Virus record (IMG/VR): IMGVR_UViG_3300044953_000352
Coordinates: 15,240-79,239 of that record
Strand: one strand, 5' to 3'
Length of the DNA stretch: 64,000 bases
Source: a virus
Shown: positions 1 through 10,358 of the stretch, in pieces
Numbering within the stretch: position 1 is the first letter of the stretch
How the letters are laid out: the number at the start of each line of letters is the position of its first letter
Notes under the pieces: generated by a model
What the model saw: only the letters and a program-made list of their open reading frames with translations
What the model was told of the DNA's origin: nothing
The model's database searches: none
Made by a program: the position numbers and the translations under genes

Positions 1-215
1 TTATTTTTAACAGGGGTAATGTATCTATTCTCCCATTCTTCTATAGACTCTTTATAATGAGGAGCATTGTACAAACACGCAGAAAATATTTTATTATTTT
101 CTAATTTATTAATTACATAATCTACTGTAAATAAATCAATTATATTAGGATCGATATTGTCATCATCGTTAACATTAAAAATTGGAAATAGATCTGTTAT
201 TTTAAATTTGTTCAT
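1..215 (-). CDS. Hypothetical protein, 5' part only (runs off the window); probably part of the glycosylation cluster
   Basis: ATG at 215 overlaps the stop of the upstream gene; open frame MNKFKITDLFPIFNVNDDDNID...FSACLYNAPHYKESIEEW to the window edge. Confidence 0.55.
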   Translation of the reverse strand, partial: MNKFKITDLFPIFNVNDDDNIDPNIIDLFTVDYVINKLENNKIFSACLYNAPHYKESIEEWENRYITPVKN

Positions 216-1266
216 ATATTTTTTTTAATAATTGTTTTGCGTGTTCATAATTAGGTTCTGCCCATTGATGGTTGTGCTGATAAAATCCGGTACATTTCAT
301 ACCATCAACTTTTATAAGGTTATAATCAACGAAATATGGATAATCTTTTATAAAATATTCTGATTGCCCACCAAATTTTGTTACAATAACAGGTTTATGG
401 TTTAAATATGCTTCATAACTAGAATATCCTAATCCTTCTCCTCTATGTAACAAAAAATAACAATCTCCTAAAGAATGAATATTATTTAATTCACTTGTAC
501 AATAATTTTCTGGAAACAATACTATGTTCGGAGGGTTCTCATAATTAATTAATACTTTTTGTATTTCATATTTTATATATTCAGTTCTTTCATCACCGTA
601 TTCATAATAATTTGTTTTCATTAAAAATGATACATTATCTTTTTCGGTAAACGTATCACATAAAGTTTTTAATGTGTTTAAGTTATTTTTTCTATCATTC
701 CATGTTGAAATATAATAAAAATTATATGTTTGTGTTATATCTTTATTTCCAAATGCATAATGCTTTGGTATTTCTATATGTTTCTTTTCTTGGTTATTAA
801 TAAAATTATAACTGATATATTTTTTTATCTTTATATCTTTTGTTACTCCACTTTCGATAAACACTTTTTTATTGAACGTTGAAGGCAACCAGATTTCATC
901 ATATTCATTATTATTTAAATATTTAACCCAGTCAGGTGGTAATTTTGAAGTTTCCCAAACAGTTTGAAGTATTTTTTTACAATTAGGATTGTTAATCAGA
1001 TGCTTATAATCATTGAGTCTGTCAATACAATGGTCTGGAATATAGTTGCATATAAAATAATCATATCTATCGTAGTATTTATTTATACATTCATTTACAG
1101 ATTTTGTAATAATATCATAACCATCTGTTCTTGAATTGTCTGAATTTATTGGAATATAAGTTACATTATATCCATTCATTAAATAATTAAATATGAAATA
1201 TTTTGTAGAAATAGCGTAGCCACTTGTTCCTTTGGAACCAACATATAAAATATTTTTTGTAATCAT
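202..1266 (-). CDS. GT-B fold glycosyltransferase (GT4-like)
   Basis: SGYA N-terminal motif, TVWET, RKN, HRGEGLGYSSYEA, VTKFGGQSEY, WAEP. Start moved to ATG 1266 because the ORF-track start overlaps the divergent gene. Confidence 0.85.
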   Translation of the reverse strand: MITKNILYVGSKGTSGYAISTKYFIFNYLMNGYNVTYIPINSDNSRTDGYDIITKSVNECINKYYDRYDYFICNYIPDHCIDRLNDYKHLINNPNCKKILQTVWETSKLPPDWVKYLNNNEYDEIWLPSTFNKKVFIESGVTKDIKIKKYISYNFINNQEKKHIEIPKHYAFGNKDITQTYNFYYISTWNDRKNNLNTLKTLCDTFTEKDNVSFLMKTNYYEYGDERTEYIKYEIQKVLINYENPPNIVLFPENYCTSELNNIHSLGDCYFLLHRGEGLGYSSYEAYLNHKPVIVTKFGGQSEYFIKDYPYFVDYNLIKVDGMKCTGFYQHNHQWAEPNYEHAKQLLKKIYEQI

Positions 1267-1302
1267 ATAACCTTGTATATATATTTTAATAACTTTGAAT
1301 AT

Positions 1303-1920
1303 ATGAAATTTTGTTTGACTACTCTTTATAATGATAATTTTCAATCATTTATGCCATATGTTATAAAAAGTTTTGAAAAATTCTGTGGATATAATAATTG
1401 TAATTTAAAAATATACGATGCACTAATAGATGATAATATACATCCATCATGGAATAAATTATTAGTATTAAAAGAATTAATTAAAAGATATGATATTGTT
1501 TTATGGGCTGATGCAGATAGTTTATTTACAGGTAAATCAGAAAATTTTTTAATTTACAATAATTTTGATTCCGCTTCAAATTTTATGGTATCATCCGATA
1601 CAAATGGAGTATGTCTTGGTTATATATTAATAAATAATTCTAATTATAATTTACAGTTAATTGATACGATGTTATTACTTAAAGATGTTAAAAATGATAA
1701 TTTTTTTGGAGACGGTCCTAAATGGGAACAGAATACATTTAAAGCATTAAATTTACATTTTAACATAAAATATCAAATTTTTAAATCTGATGTATCGGTT
1801 GATGTAGATTGTGTTAAAGATAAAGATTCTACATTTTTTTATCATTACTGTTGCAAAACAAATGAAGAAAGATTAAAATATATTAAAAGAGATTTTGAAA
1901 ATTTATATAAACTAGGATAA
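1303..1920 (+). CDS. Glycosyltransferase, GT34 (GMA12/MNN10)-like
   Basis: SWNKLLVL, VLWADADSLF (DxD), WEQ motifs; ATG at 1303. Confidence 0.7.
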   Translation: MKFCLTTLYNDNFQSFMPYVIKSFEKFCGYNNCNLKIYDALIDDNIHPSWNKLLVLKELIKRYDIVLWADADSLFTGKSENFLIYNNFDSASNFMVSSDTNGVCLGYILINNSNYNLQLIDTMLLLKDVKNDNFFGDGPKWEQNTFKALNLHFNIKYQIFKSDVSVDVDCVKDKDSTFFYHYCCKTNEERLKYIKRDFENLYKLG

Positions 1921-2665
1921 AATTATATTTTGTTTACATTTACTAAACCACCAACTCATTTCTGTATAGGTACTAAAACGTGTGCCGTATAACGTATGAC
2001 ATTTACTTAATAATAACATTTCTATAAAATCATTTTGTATATCTGTCAAATTAGGATTTCTATTATAAGTTATAATGTTATTATATTTATTTAAAAGAGA
2101 CTGTTTTAATTTCAAATCATCCGTTGCAACGAATATTTTATCTTTGGTAGATCTAATAATATTTTCGAAATTTTCTAAATAATATTTATTTGATCTTTCT
2201 AAAATAAAATTTTCCCAATATGGATTAGAAATATGATAAGTTCCCCCACCAAGTTCTTATATGAAATGCAGTTAATATTTCAATATTAAACTCATTCACT
2301 ATATTATTTATTTCAGTTTTAATAGAAAATGAGTCAATAATATTTAATATTTTATTTTTAAACAAATAAGGAATGCGTTCATATTCATGATCAACGTCTC
2401 GAAAACGAATATCTCGTTCTGGAAAATCTCTGGTTTTTGTATTAAAGTTATCTGAAATTTCAATATCTTCATCTTTAACTAAAATTCTCCATGTGCATAA
2501 AGGAATGTATTCTGTATTTAGATCTAATGTAGTAAAATCGTTATCGAATATCTGATTTAATTCTGTATAATTACTTTTACTTAAATGTGATAGTCTTAAT
2601 ACAGATATTAAATTCTTAAGTCTATTACCAAGTCCATTTGTTGTAGTTGCTATATATACATTCAT
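1912..2665 (-). pseudogene. Fucosyltransferase-like GT (NodZ/GT23/GT11 type) split by one frameshift
   Basis: GLGNRL, FHIR, IFVATDD and DFIEMLLLSKC...STY motifs lie in two frames; removing one C from CCCCC at 2243-2247 joins them. May be a sequencing error. Confidence 0.7.
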
Positions 2666-2666
2666 T

Positions 2667-3419
2667 TTAACACTGCCAATGTTTTATCTTAAATTTTAAA
2701 CAACCAAATATTTCAAATCCATTTAAAAATGCCTGTTCAGAAAAACTCACTCCTTCTAATTTACACGGAATGTTATTTCCACATAAATCAACATACTCTT
2801 CTTCAATAAAATTATATCTTAATCCACTTTCAAACACTCTTTTTTTAATAAAGGCTGAACATTCACATCTATTTAATTTGTATATCTCTTTATCTGGAAA
2901 AAGATCTGATAATTCATCCAGTTTGATTATTTTATTATCAACATTTGCATATGATGCACAATCATAAAATTTCCACCACTCTGAATAGTAAAACGGCATC
3001 AACATATCTTTATCAAATGATGATAAATATTCTATAGAATTTATAGGCACTTCTTCTATGTCTGCATCTACCCACCAAAGATAATCATTATCACATAAAT
3101 AATTATTTACTATAAAATTTCTTAACACTACTAAATTTTTTATTCTATTTTTTGAATATTCAAATTTATGTCTATCTTCATGCCTCAACTTAAATCCTAG
3201 ATCTAATTTTAATATTATAACTTTTCTATATTTATCTACATTTAAAATTTGTTTTATTGATTCATTAAGTTTTTTCCACGTATTATCTTCACTATCATTT
3301 TCAACGAAACATAAAGAAATATATTTTTTTGGATATGATAAATTATTAATTTGGTTTAATAAATTGTCAACAAAAATTTCTCCATTTTTGATTGGAGTAC
3401 CAATCAAAATATTTTTCAT
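2667..3419 (-). CDS. Glycosyltransferase, Anp1/Mnn9 (GT62)-like GT-A
   Basis: ILIGTPIKN...LSYPKKYISLCFVENDSEDNT...RH...RN...LWWVDADI follows the Anp1-family pattern. Confidence 0.7.
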   Translation of the reverse strand: MKNILIGTPIKNGEIFVDNLLNQINNLSYPKKYISLCFVENDSEDNTWKKLNESIKQILNVDKYRKVIILKLDLGFKLRHEDRHKFEYSKNRIKNLVVLRNFIVNNYLCDNDYLWWVDADIEEVPINSIEYLSSFDKDMLMPFYYSEWWKFYDCASYANVDNKIIKLDELSDLFPDKEIYKLNRCECSAFIKKRVFESGLRYNFIEEEYVDLCGNNIPCKLEGVSFSEQAFLNGFEIFGCLKFKIKHWQC

Positions 3420-4009
3420 ATTCTAAATACTCCTAAAGTATCTATCGCATTAATAAAATTTAATTTTCTATCGTTTACTTTAGTAGGAAACAACTTGTAT
3501 GTACAATTAAAATCATGAACAACCCATATACAATTATTGTTACTTATCTTTTTCATATATGGTAAGTTCAATTTAATTTCATTAATATCATGCAATGCAT
3601 CACAAAATATTAAATCATATTTAAAACTAAATGTATGAAAATTTTCGGGTATAAGAGTAACATACTTTAACAGATCATATTTTCCCAAATATTCTTTAGC
3701 AACTTCAAATATATTTTTATTTTTAGAAAAACTATATTCTTCAACTAAATCTGGAACAGTAATTCCTCCATGAACTTTTGTATAAAAATCTATGAATTCT
3801 TCTCGATTTTTAAAATTTATGTCACAAGAATCAACCACAGCTGTGGACGATGAATCACGAATCGCTTCACATATGACCGACGTACTTTTACCATACATAC
3901 TTCCTATTTCTAATATAGAACCAGAAAAATTTAAACATAAATTATATAATCCCACTGCTTCTTTATCACTTAACCATCCGGGAATATTTGTATAAAATTT
4001 ATCTTTCAT
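3416..4009 (-). CDS. Class I SAM-dependent methyltransferase (Methyltransf_24-like)
   Basis: IPGWL, ILEIGSMYGKST, DLIFCDALH, VVHD. Confidence 0.8.
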   Translation of the reverse strand: MKDKFYTNIPGWLSDKEAVGLYNLCLNFSGSILEIGSMYGKSTSVICEAIRDSSSTAVVDSCDINFKNREEFIDFYTKVHGGITVPDLVEEYSFSKNKNIFEVAKEYLGKYDLLKYVTLIPENFHTFSFKYDLIFCDALHDINEIKLNLPYMKKISNNNCIWVVHDFNCTYKLFPTKVNDRKLNFINAIDTLGVFRI

Positions 4010-4778
4010 AATTAATCAATCCTTTATATAAATTACTCACGGTGTCATTGTTGTTCACTATATAATTTTTATTATATTTAATTAATCTATTATAGTTTTT
4101 ATGTTCCCATAAATGTATTGAATAACAGTCTGATATATCTGAATTGTCTTCAAACATACATTTTTTTCCGGTTTCTTCCCAAGAATATTTAAAAAAACTA
4201 GATTGTGGCTCAACATGAATGTATGATGGATATTTATAAGATAATTGAAGTGGTTTTTTCACAGAATTATAATTCCAATCTTCTTTGTAATTAACACTAT
4301 AATCATTTAACCAAATATTACTAAATTTACTATCTTTTTGAGACATTAATACCGCATTACATAGTCCAACTAATACATTTGAATTATTTTCTCCGATTGC
4401 TGCACCTTCAACTCCCATTACGAATTCATTATGTAGTAAATTATCAAATGATTTTACACATATTGTATCTATATCAAGGTATATACCGCCAAATTTATTT
4501 ATTATATTTAATCTAATAATATCAGAAAGATGTTCTGTATATGCAATTTTATTAGATGGTATAAATACTTCTAGTGAATCTAATTTAATTAAATTACATA
4601 TATTTTCTAACTCATAAAACCATATATTATTTGGACGGTGATAGTAATATAAATTTATTGTATAATCTTTGTTAATATATTTTGCGCTCAATATATTTAA
4701 ATAATGAAAATATTCAAATGGTTTATTACAAAAAGAATTATCTAAGCCAAATAAAAAATTTATAACTTTTGGTATCAT
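3999..4778 (-). CDS. Glycosyltransferase, GT32 (DxD sugar-binding) family
   Basis: MIPKVI, SDIIRL...GGIYLDIDT, LCNAVL, YSIHLW. Confidence 0.85.
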   Translation of the reverse strand: MIPKVINFLFGLDNSFCNKPFEYFHYLNILSAKYINKDYTINLYYYHRPNNIWFYELENICNLIKLDSLEVFIPSNKIAYTEHLSDIIRLNIINKFGGIYLDIDTICVKSFDNLLHNEFVMGVEGAAIGENNSNVLVGLCNAVLMSQKDSKFSNIWLNDYSVNYKEDWNYNSVKKPLQLSYKYPSYIHVEPQSSFFKYSWEETGKKCMFEDNSDISDCYSIHLWEHKNYNRLIKYNKNYIVNNNDTVSNLYKGLINYER

Positions 4779-5455
4779 ATATATTTAGAGTCTAGTGTCA
4801 ATGATTCAAATGCGGTGTCTATATTTTCATCAGAATTTCTTTGTTTTAATAATGACAATTGATCCGCCAATGGAGGATCAAATATATAATGTTTTAAAAT
4901 AGACAATGACTTTTTTTGAATCTGTATATCTACTGCTGCCCATGCGTGATGGTTCGTATCTAACAATGTTTCTATACTTGATTTCTTAATCATATATGCA
5001 TGTGTACACATAGGAGGAGGATTTGATGTAATAATATTGTTAGATATTCTTGTTTGATATTCAATAGGTGGCAAACAACAATTTCCGACAAATACGTATT
5101 GCCAATCAAGTGGTAATTGATTTTTAAACTCTATAAATTTTTCTTTAAAATTATCACACAATATTACATCATCCTCTAAAATTAAAAATTCATCATATGG
5201 AAGATACGATAAAGTTTTCCATAACATATAATGAGTTAATAAACATCCTATACGTCCTGCCTTAATAAAATAATCAGGACCAGTTGGATCATCTTCTTTA
5301 TATGGAATTGTTGTTACTAATCCAAACTGTCTTCCGTTTATACCTTCAAAAAAATCAAAATCAATTTTTTGATGTAATAAATTATATTTTATATAGTTTT
5401 GTCTTACTGGTGTATCTTTTAATGTTACACAAAATACTTTTGGAAAATTATTCAT
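4775..5455 (-). CDS. Glycosyltransferase family 25
   Basis: FFEGING, IGCLLTHYMLW, LILEDDV, THAYMI. Confidence 0.85.
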   Translation of the reverse strand: MNNFPKVFCVTLKDTPVRQNYIKYNLLHQKIDFDFFEGINGRQFGLVTTIPYKEDDPTGPDYFIKAGRIGCLLTHYMLWKTLSYLPYDEFLILEDDVILCDNFKEKFIEFKNQLPLDWQYVFVGNCCLPPIEYQTRISNNIITSNPPPMCTHAYMIKKSSIETLLDTNHHAWAAVDIQIQKKSLSILKHYIFDPPLADQLSLLKQRNSDENIDTAFESLTLDSKYI

Positions 5456-5457
5456 AA

Positions 5458-6180
5458 TTATAACACATTATCATATTGATGATCATTTATATATGTTGCT
5501 ATTATTTTGTTTTGCATAGATATATTTTTTCGTGTCTGAAAATAACATTGAAATAACATATATACAGGAATCATAATAAAAGGATATTTTTTTGCACATT
5601 GCGTCAATAAAAAGCAACCATTTTTTTGTATAGTTCCATGTGTAATAGGATTTTGATTTTCATCACTTAAATTTGTATTTATATTAAATGATTCTTGCAT
5701 TGTATCTATCATATAAGATAATATATTATTATCTTTCTTAGCCATAAAAACCCGTTTGATAAATGAAATGCTAATGGTAAATTTCCATCAAATTCTACAT
5801 AATTAATAAATTTTCTAATTGTCCATTCGGAATATAAATGTTCAGTGATTGCCATCAACATATCATGTTCACAATTTATTAAATTTGGAATATAATTTTC
5901 CCAACAAAAAAAGTCACAATCTGAATAAATTCCACCATATTTGTTTATAATTTCTATACGGGCAACATCAGACATTCCATGATAATAATTATTTTTTTAT
6001 AATAATCATACAATTTTTTGTTTTTTAGATGTATAGATTCAATATCAGATTCTCTCCAAAGTTTATATGTCCATTTAAATTTTTCACAATAAGGCTGCCA
6101 TGACTTCATCATATTCCAAGTAGCTTTATTGCTATCACCAACCCATATTTGATGAACAATATTTTCAATTATATTCTCAT
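5458..6180 (-). pseudogene. GT32-family glycosyltransferase broken by at least two frameshifts
   Basis: IVHQIWVG...YKLW, SDVARIEIINKYGGIYSDCD and NGF(F)MAKK segments lie in different frames, joined at T7 5992-5998 and A5 5746-5750; no clean in-frame ATG. Confidence 0.65.
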
Positions 6181-6777
6181 ATATAAATTACAAAAGTTAT
6201 TTGGATCATCTGATTGTGCCTTATCGATTAATTTCATCTGGAATTTATTTTCAATTAAATCAATAGCTTGTTTTGATTGTACCCAATTTGCATCATTATA
6301 CCATAGAAATCCTCCGTGTTTTATTTTAGGTACATAATTTAACACGTCTTGACAAGAACTTAATTCCTCATGATTTCCATCAATGTGTAATATATCAATT
6401 TCAAAATCAATATAATTTATACAATCATTTGATTTTCCTTTATAAATATGAATAAATGGTTCTAATTTTAGTTCTTGTACTGTTTTTAAACATTTCGAAT
6501 ATATTTTATCCAAATCTAACGAAGACCACCAATTTATTGCATTTTCTTCTGTTATGTATTCAATACAATCAGCGGTATTCCAAGAATCAATACCATAAAC
6601 TTTTCCACGTCTATTTTTTCTTAAAGACAATGCTTGGCATATTAAAGATTTTCCGTAAAATACTCCTATTTCAACTATATTAGTTGGTTTCGTAGCCAAA
6701 ATAAGACTAGAAATTTTAGTCATTTTATCATGACTACACCATCCTTCAATATTTTTTACAATATCATAATTAATCAT
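6169..6777 (-). CDS. Class I SAM-dependent methyltransferase (Methyltransf_24-like)
   Basis: IEGWCS, VEIGVFYGKS, GIDSW, IDILHIDGNH, GGFLWYND. Confidence 0.85.
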   Translation of the reverse strand: MINYDIVKNIEGWCSHDKMTKISSLILATKPTNIVEIGVFYGKSLICQALSLRKNRRGKVYGIDSWNTADCIEYITEENAINWWSSLDLDKIYSKCLKTVQELKLEPFIHIYKGKSNDCINYIDFEIDILHIDGNHEELSSCQDVLNYVPKIKHGGFLWYNDANWVQSKQAIDLIENKFQMKLIDKAQSDDPNNFCNLYMRI

Positions 6778-8828
6778 ATTTTTATAATTCCAGTTTTTTC
6801 ATCATTAAATCCAAAACTTACATAAAAGTTATTATTGTCTAATATCGCTCCGCATGGAAATACAACTATTGAACTGTTCTTTGGTAAAAATCTAAAATCA
6901 GTCTCATTTCCCCATAAAATAGGTTCATTTGATATCTCTACAATTTTATATGGTGGTTTACTTTCAAATTTATAATATCCCATCATATACTGTCTCTTTG
7001 GATTTTTCCAAGGAATGCTACTATGAAAGAAATTATGATAGTAACCATCTTTTAATATAGGATTGCTTCCCATTCTACATTCACCAAATTTCCATATTTT
7101 ATTTATATTTATGTGAGAAATATATTCACTAACAACATTTCCTTGATAATCAAATTCAAGAACAGTGTGCGGATACATTTTATATACACACATTAATTTT
7201 CCATCTTCTATAAAATACGTCCAATTTTTTTGACTTTTAGTATTAGTCAAACAATCTTTTGAATTGCCGTCATAGATTGGATGTATATTGTCAATATGAT
7301 TAAATTCTTTGTCAAAAACTAATATTTTTTGATGTATATATGAAGAATTATGTAACTGATAATTTGCACAACTTACAAAGATTTTATCTTCTGCAACTAA
7401 TACTCTAGGATCTTCATATTGTTCATCTTCGACTTCATTAATAATATTTAATTGTACAGATTCTAGATTATTATCTAAATTAAATAGTTTTAAAGTATTG
7501 TGTGGAATTAAATCTTCATCAATATTACAATAACGAGTCATTATGTAATTTTGATTATTTAATTTAAATAATGAAGGATTAAAATAAAAATTATTTACAT
7601 CATATGGAAAATTTAAAATTTTTACATCAGAATGTTGATCAGTAATAGAAATAGAAATTTTATCTTTTGTAAAATTAGAAACAAAATATTTTTCTGATTT
7701 CAAACCTTGTTTATAATTGTGTTGACATAATTCTATTGCATGATCTTTATCAGGATTTGCCCATTTGTATTTATTATCTAAATAATAATTTCTAAATATA
7801 TACGAATTAACATCAACTAAATTATATCTAATCAATCCTTCATAATCAAGTCCAAGATATTCAAGATGACCGCCATAACCAGTTGCTATAATTTTATTTT
7901 TATGATTATATGCATCATGTATACTCAAACTAAATCCTTCAGTATGTGTGAGTGTTAAATAACAATCACAATTATAATGCAAGCTTTGAATTTCATCATA
8001 ATTTAACTGATCTTTTATCAATACAATAGGTGCATGATCATATTTTAAAGTCAATTCATTAATATATTTCGCGCACTCTATTTGTTCTTCAATAGAGTAA
8101 TTTGCTCTAAATGTTTTAACAAATAAAATTACTCTGTCTGTAGATTTAAAACTTCTGCAAAAGGTTTCAATGGTATCATCTATATTTTTTCGATGTGTTA
8201 ATTGCTCAATACAATAAAATTTATAATAATCATTTAAATTAATACCCACTAAATCTTTTTTATATATTATAACACTCTTTTTTAACAAATGTTCAATTGT
8301 AAAACGAGTATCTCCAACGTTCGTAAATACATGTGGCTCAACAATGATTGGTTTTGTTACTCCATTTTTTATAAAAATTTGTTTGTTCCATTCTGTAGGA
8401 ACACTTACAGTTGTAACAACACTTTCATTAATTGATTTAATCCAATCAGGATGTACATTTTCAAATTCCCAAACTGTTCTACCTATTATTTTAATGTTAT
8501 TATCAGAGTTAATGCTTGCATTAAAAAATAATTCATTCCAAACAAGAGGTACAGAATGAATTATAACAGTTGAATAAGTTAAAAATATAGTTTTTTTAGA
8601 CTTTGCTATAAATTTATCAAATGTAGTGCTTTCTTCAATGTAATATGTATTTGATTGATTATATTGTATCCAGTGAACATATGCTTTCTTTGCATTCAAT
8701 TGATATAAATATCCTTTGGCAGCAGTTGCGTATCCACTTGTTCCAATAGAACTTATATACAAAATTCGTTCTGGAGCAGGTGTTAAAACCTTTTTAGGTA
8801 ATAAATCAAATTTTGAAATATCGTTCAT
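6774..8828 (-). CDS. Fusion of a GT4-like glycosyltransferase and a C-terminal GH130-like five-bladed beta-propeller
   Basis: N-half SGYA/TVWE/RKN/TEGFSL/GGHLEY; C-half FNPS, YEDPRV, QKNWTYF, VVFPCGA, VSFGFND. Confidence 0.75.
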   Translation of the reverse strand: MNDISKFDLLPKKVLTPAPERILYISSIGTSGYATAAKGYLYQLNAKKAYVHWIQYNQSNTYYIEESTTFDKFIAKSKKTIFLTYSTVIIHSVPLVWNELFFNASINSDNNIKIIGRTVWEFENVHPDWIKSINESVVTTVSVPTEWNKQIFIKNGVTKPIIVEPHVFTNVGDTRFTIEHLLKKSVIIYKKDLVGINLNDYYKFYCIEQLTHRKNIDDTIETFCRSFKSTDRVILFVKTFRANYSIEEQIECAKYINELTLKYDHAPIVLIKDQLNYDEIQSLHYNCDCYLTLTHTEGFSLSIHDAYNHKNKIIATGYGGHLEYLGLDYEGLIRYNLVDVNSYIFRNYYLDNKYKWANPDKDHAIELCQHNYKQGLKSEKYFVSNFTKDKISISITDQHSDVKILNFPYDVNNFYFNPSLFKLNNQNYIMTRYCNIDEDLIPHNTLKLFNLDNNLESVQLNIINEVEDEQYEDPRVLVAEDKIFVSCANYQLHNSSYIHQKILVFDKEFNHIDNIHPIYDGNSKDCLTNTKSQKNWTYFIEDGKLMCVYKMYPHTVLEFDYQGNVVSEYISHININKIWKFGECRMGSNPILKDGYYHNFFHSSIPWKNPKRQYMMGYYKFESKPPYKIVEISNEPILWGNETDFRFLPKNSSIVVFPCGAILDNNNFYVSFGFNDEKTGIIKI

Positions 8829-8878
8829 TATAACTCTTTACAATAAGTATAAAGAATTATACAAATTTATTATTATAA

Positions 8879-9415
8879 TTACCTATATTCTGGCTTAAGT
8901 AGACGCCATCTATCACTATCAATTTCTTTTTCTCCAGAGTTTATTTTTTTTAACATATTAAGTACATCTTCTTTTGAAGAATAAATATAATTGTGTGGAA
9001 TAGTCCAAAATACCCAAAATGGTGTAAGTTTTTTACCTCCTTCTGTTATAAAAAAAATAGGGCGTTTACTTCTATTTGCTAAAAAAAATTCTTCCCATGA
9101 ACCAACTGTAACTATATTTGGTATAAAATGAAAAATAATAAAGTCTGATTTTTCAATTAATGCCAAATCAAAAGAACGTATAGATTTTAAATTGGAAATT
9201 TTATCGTATTGTTCATTTTCTGCCCACTCTTTTAATTTACACGTAACTTGTTCCGATTCATTTAATTTTTGATTATCAAACGGTTTATTATAATGATTAA
9301 AAATTGTTACATTTAATGTAGATAGTTCATTTTTAAAAAAATCTCGTATATTTCTTCCGTTTGCATATTGCATTGGACCAATTACAGTACATTTAGTTTT
9401 ATTTAGTAGATTCAT
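8879..9415 (-). CDS. Nucleoside 2-deoxyribosyltransferase-like (NDT/nucleotide N-glycosidase fold) protein
   Basis: GPM, DLALIEKSDFII, VGSWEE, RPIF pattern typical of the NDT fold. Confidence 0.6.
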   Translation of the reverse strand: MNLLNKTKCTVIGPMQYANGRNIRDFFKNELSTLNVTIFNHYNKPFDNQKLNESEQVTCKLKEWAENEQYDKISNLKSIRSFDLALIEKSDFIIFHFIPNIVTVGSWEEFFLANRSKRPIFFITEGGKKLTPFWVFWTIPHNYIYSSKEDVLNMLKKINSGEKEIDSDRWRLLKPEYR

Positions 9416-10124
9416 ATGTTTTAATTATAAGTTTTGCATAATATACTAACTCGTCTAAAGAGAAATCTTGTTTAATATTGTTAACGTCTTTGTGTACCCA
9501 TTGTACGTTACCTATTATATAACCCTTTGAAGAATCAATTCTATCAATAGATGCCGTTTGTTTATTATTTTTATTTGAGATTAACGATATATCCAACCCA
9601 GACAATGCACATTTTTTATTTTGTTTTAAATATAAGTCCCACAAATATTCTTTTGTTACTAAGTATTCAATTTTACGCTTCATTGCATTATATTTTATAG
9701 AAGATAAATATCTACCTTGTAAATCACCAATACCTTTATAATTAAAAGAATGTGGGTATAAATCTCTCGCTTTTTTTAGATTGTTATAACTTGTTTGTAC
9801 ATGAAGACATCCGCATGATTTTATTTTAGCACTTATCAAATCTGATCCACGGGCTTCTGTCACATTACCACATTCACATAAACATTCCCACATTGTTTTT
9901 TTATTATTATCACAGCGTGTAAACTTTTTTACAATTAATCTACCGTATATGTTTCCTATTAAATTAATTTTTCCTTTTTTTATTAAAATTTGATTTAATT
10001 TTAATATTTTTAATACCGATTTAATATTAATTTTATATTTTTCTGAGATATTTTTACTTGTTAATTGATTAATTGTATACTCTTTGATAATTTGTTTTTG
10101 TAATTGTTTTAGTCTATTTGTCAT
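9399..10124 (-). CDS. Free-standing HNH-type (homing) endonuclease
   Basis: WECLCECG...KSCGC zinc module followed by KCALSG...SIDRIDSSKGYIIGNVQWVHKDVN. Confidence 0.8.
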   Translation of the reverse strand: MTNRLKQLQKQIIKEYTINQLTSKNISEKYKINIKSVLKILKLNQILIKKGKINLIGNIYGRLIVKKFTRCDNNKKTMWECLCECGNVTEARGSDLISAKIKSCGCLHVQTSYNNLKKARDLYPHSFNYKGIGDLQGRYLSSIKYNAMKRKIEYLVTKEYLWDLYLKQNKKCALSGLDISLISNKNNKQTASIDRIDSSKGYIIGNVQWVHKDVNNIKQDFSLDELVYYAKLIIKTYESTK

Positions 10125-10170
10125 ATAATATAAATATGTACAATTTCTTCAATAAACATACATTTCTTCA

Positions 10171-10358
10171 TTAGCCTCCTATAGTACGTATATGCAATCT
10201 AACTTTATTTAGTTTTTCATATTCAAAAACATAACGGTCGTCCATATAAGGATATTTATGTGTATAAATTATATATTCATTCTTATATGAGGTAGCATCA
10301 ACTCGTTCAAACCAACTGTAACGTTTAAAATATTCAGTAATAATTTTAAGTTTTTCAT
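10171..10358 (-). pseudogene. Small hypothetical gene (about 62 aa) with an apparent 1-nt deletion just after the start
   Basis: ATGA overlaps the clamp-loader stop; one extra A in the A5 run (T 10351-10355) gives MKKLKIITEYFKRYSWFERV...HIRTIGG*. Confidence 0.4.
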
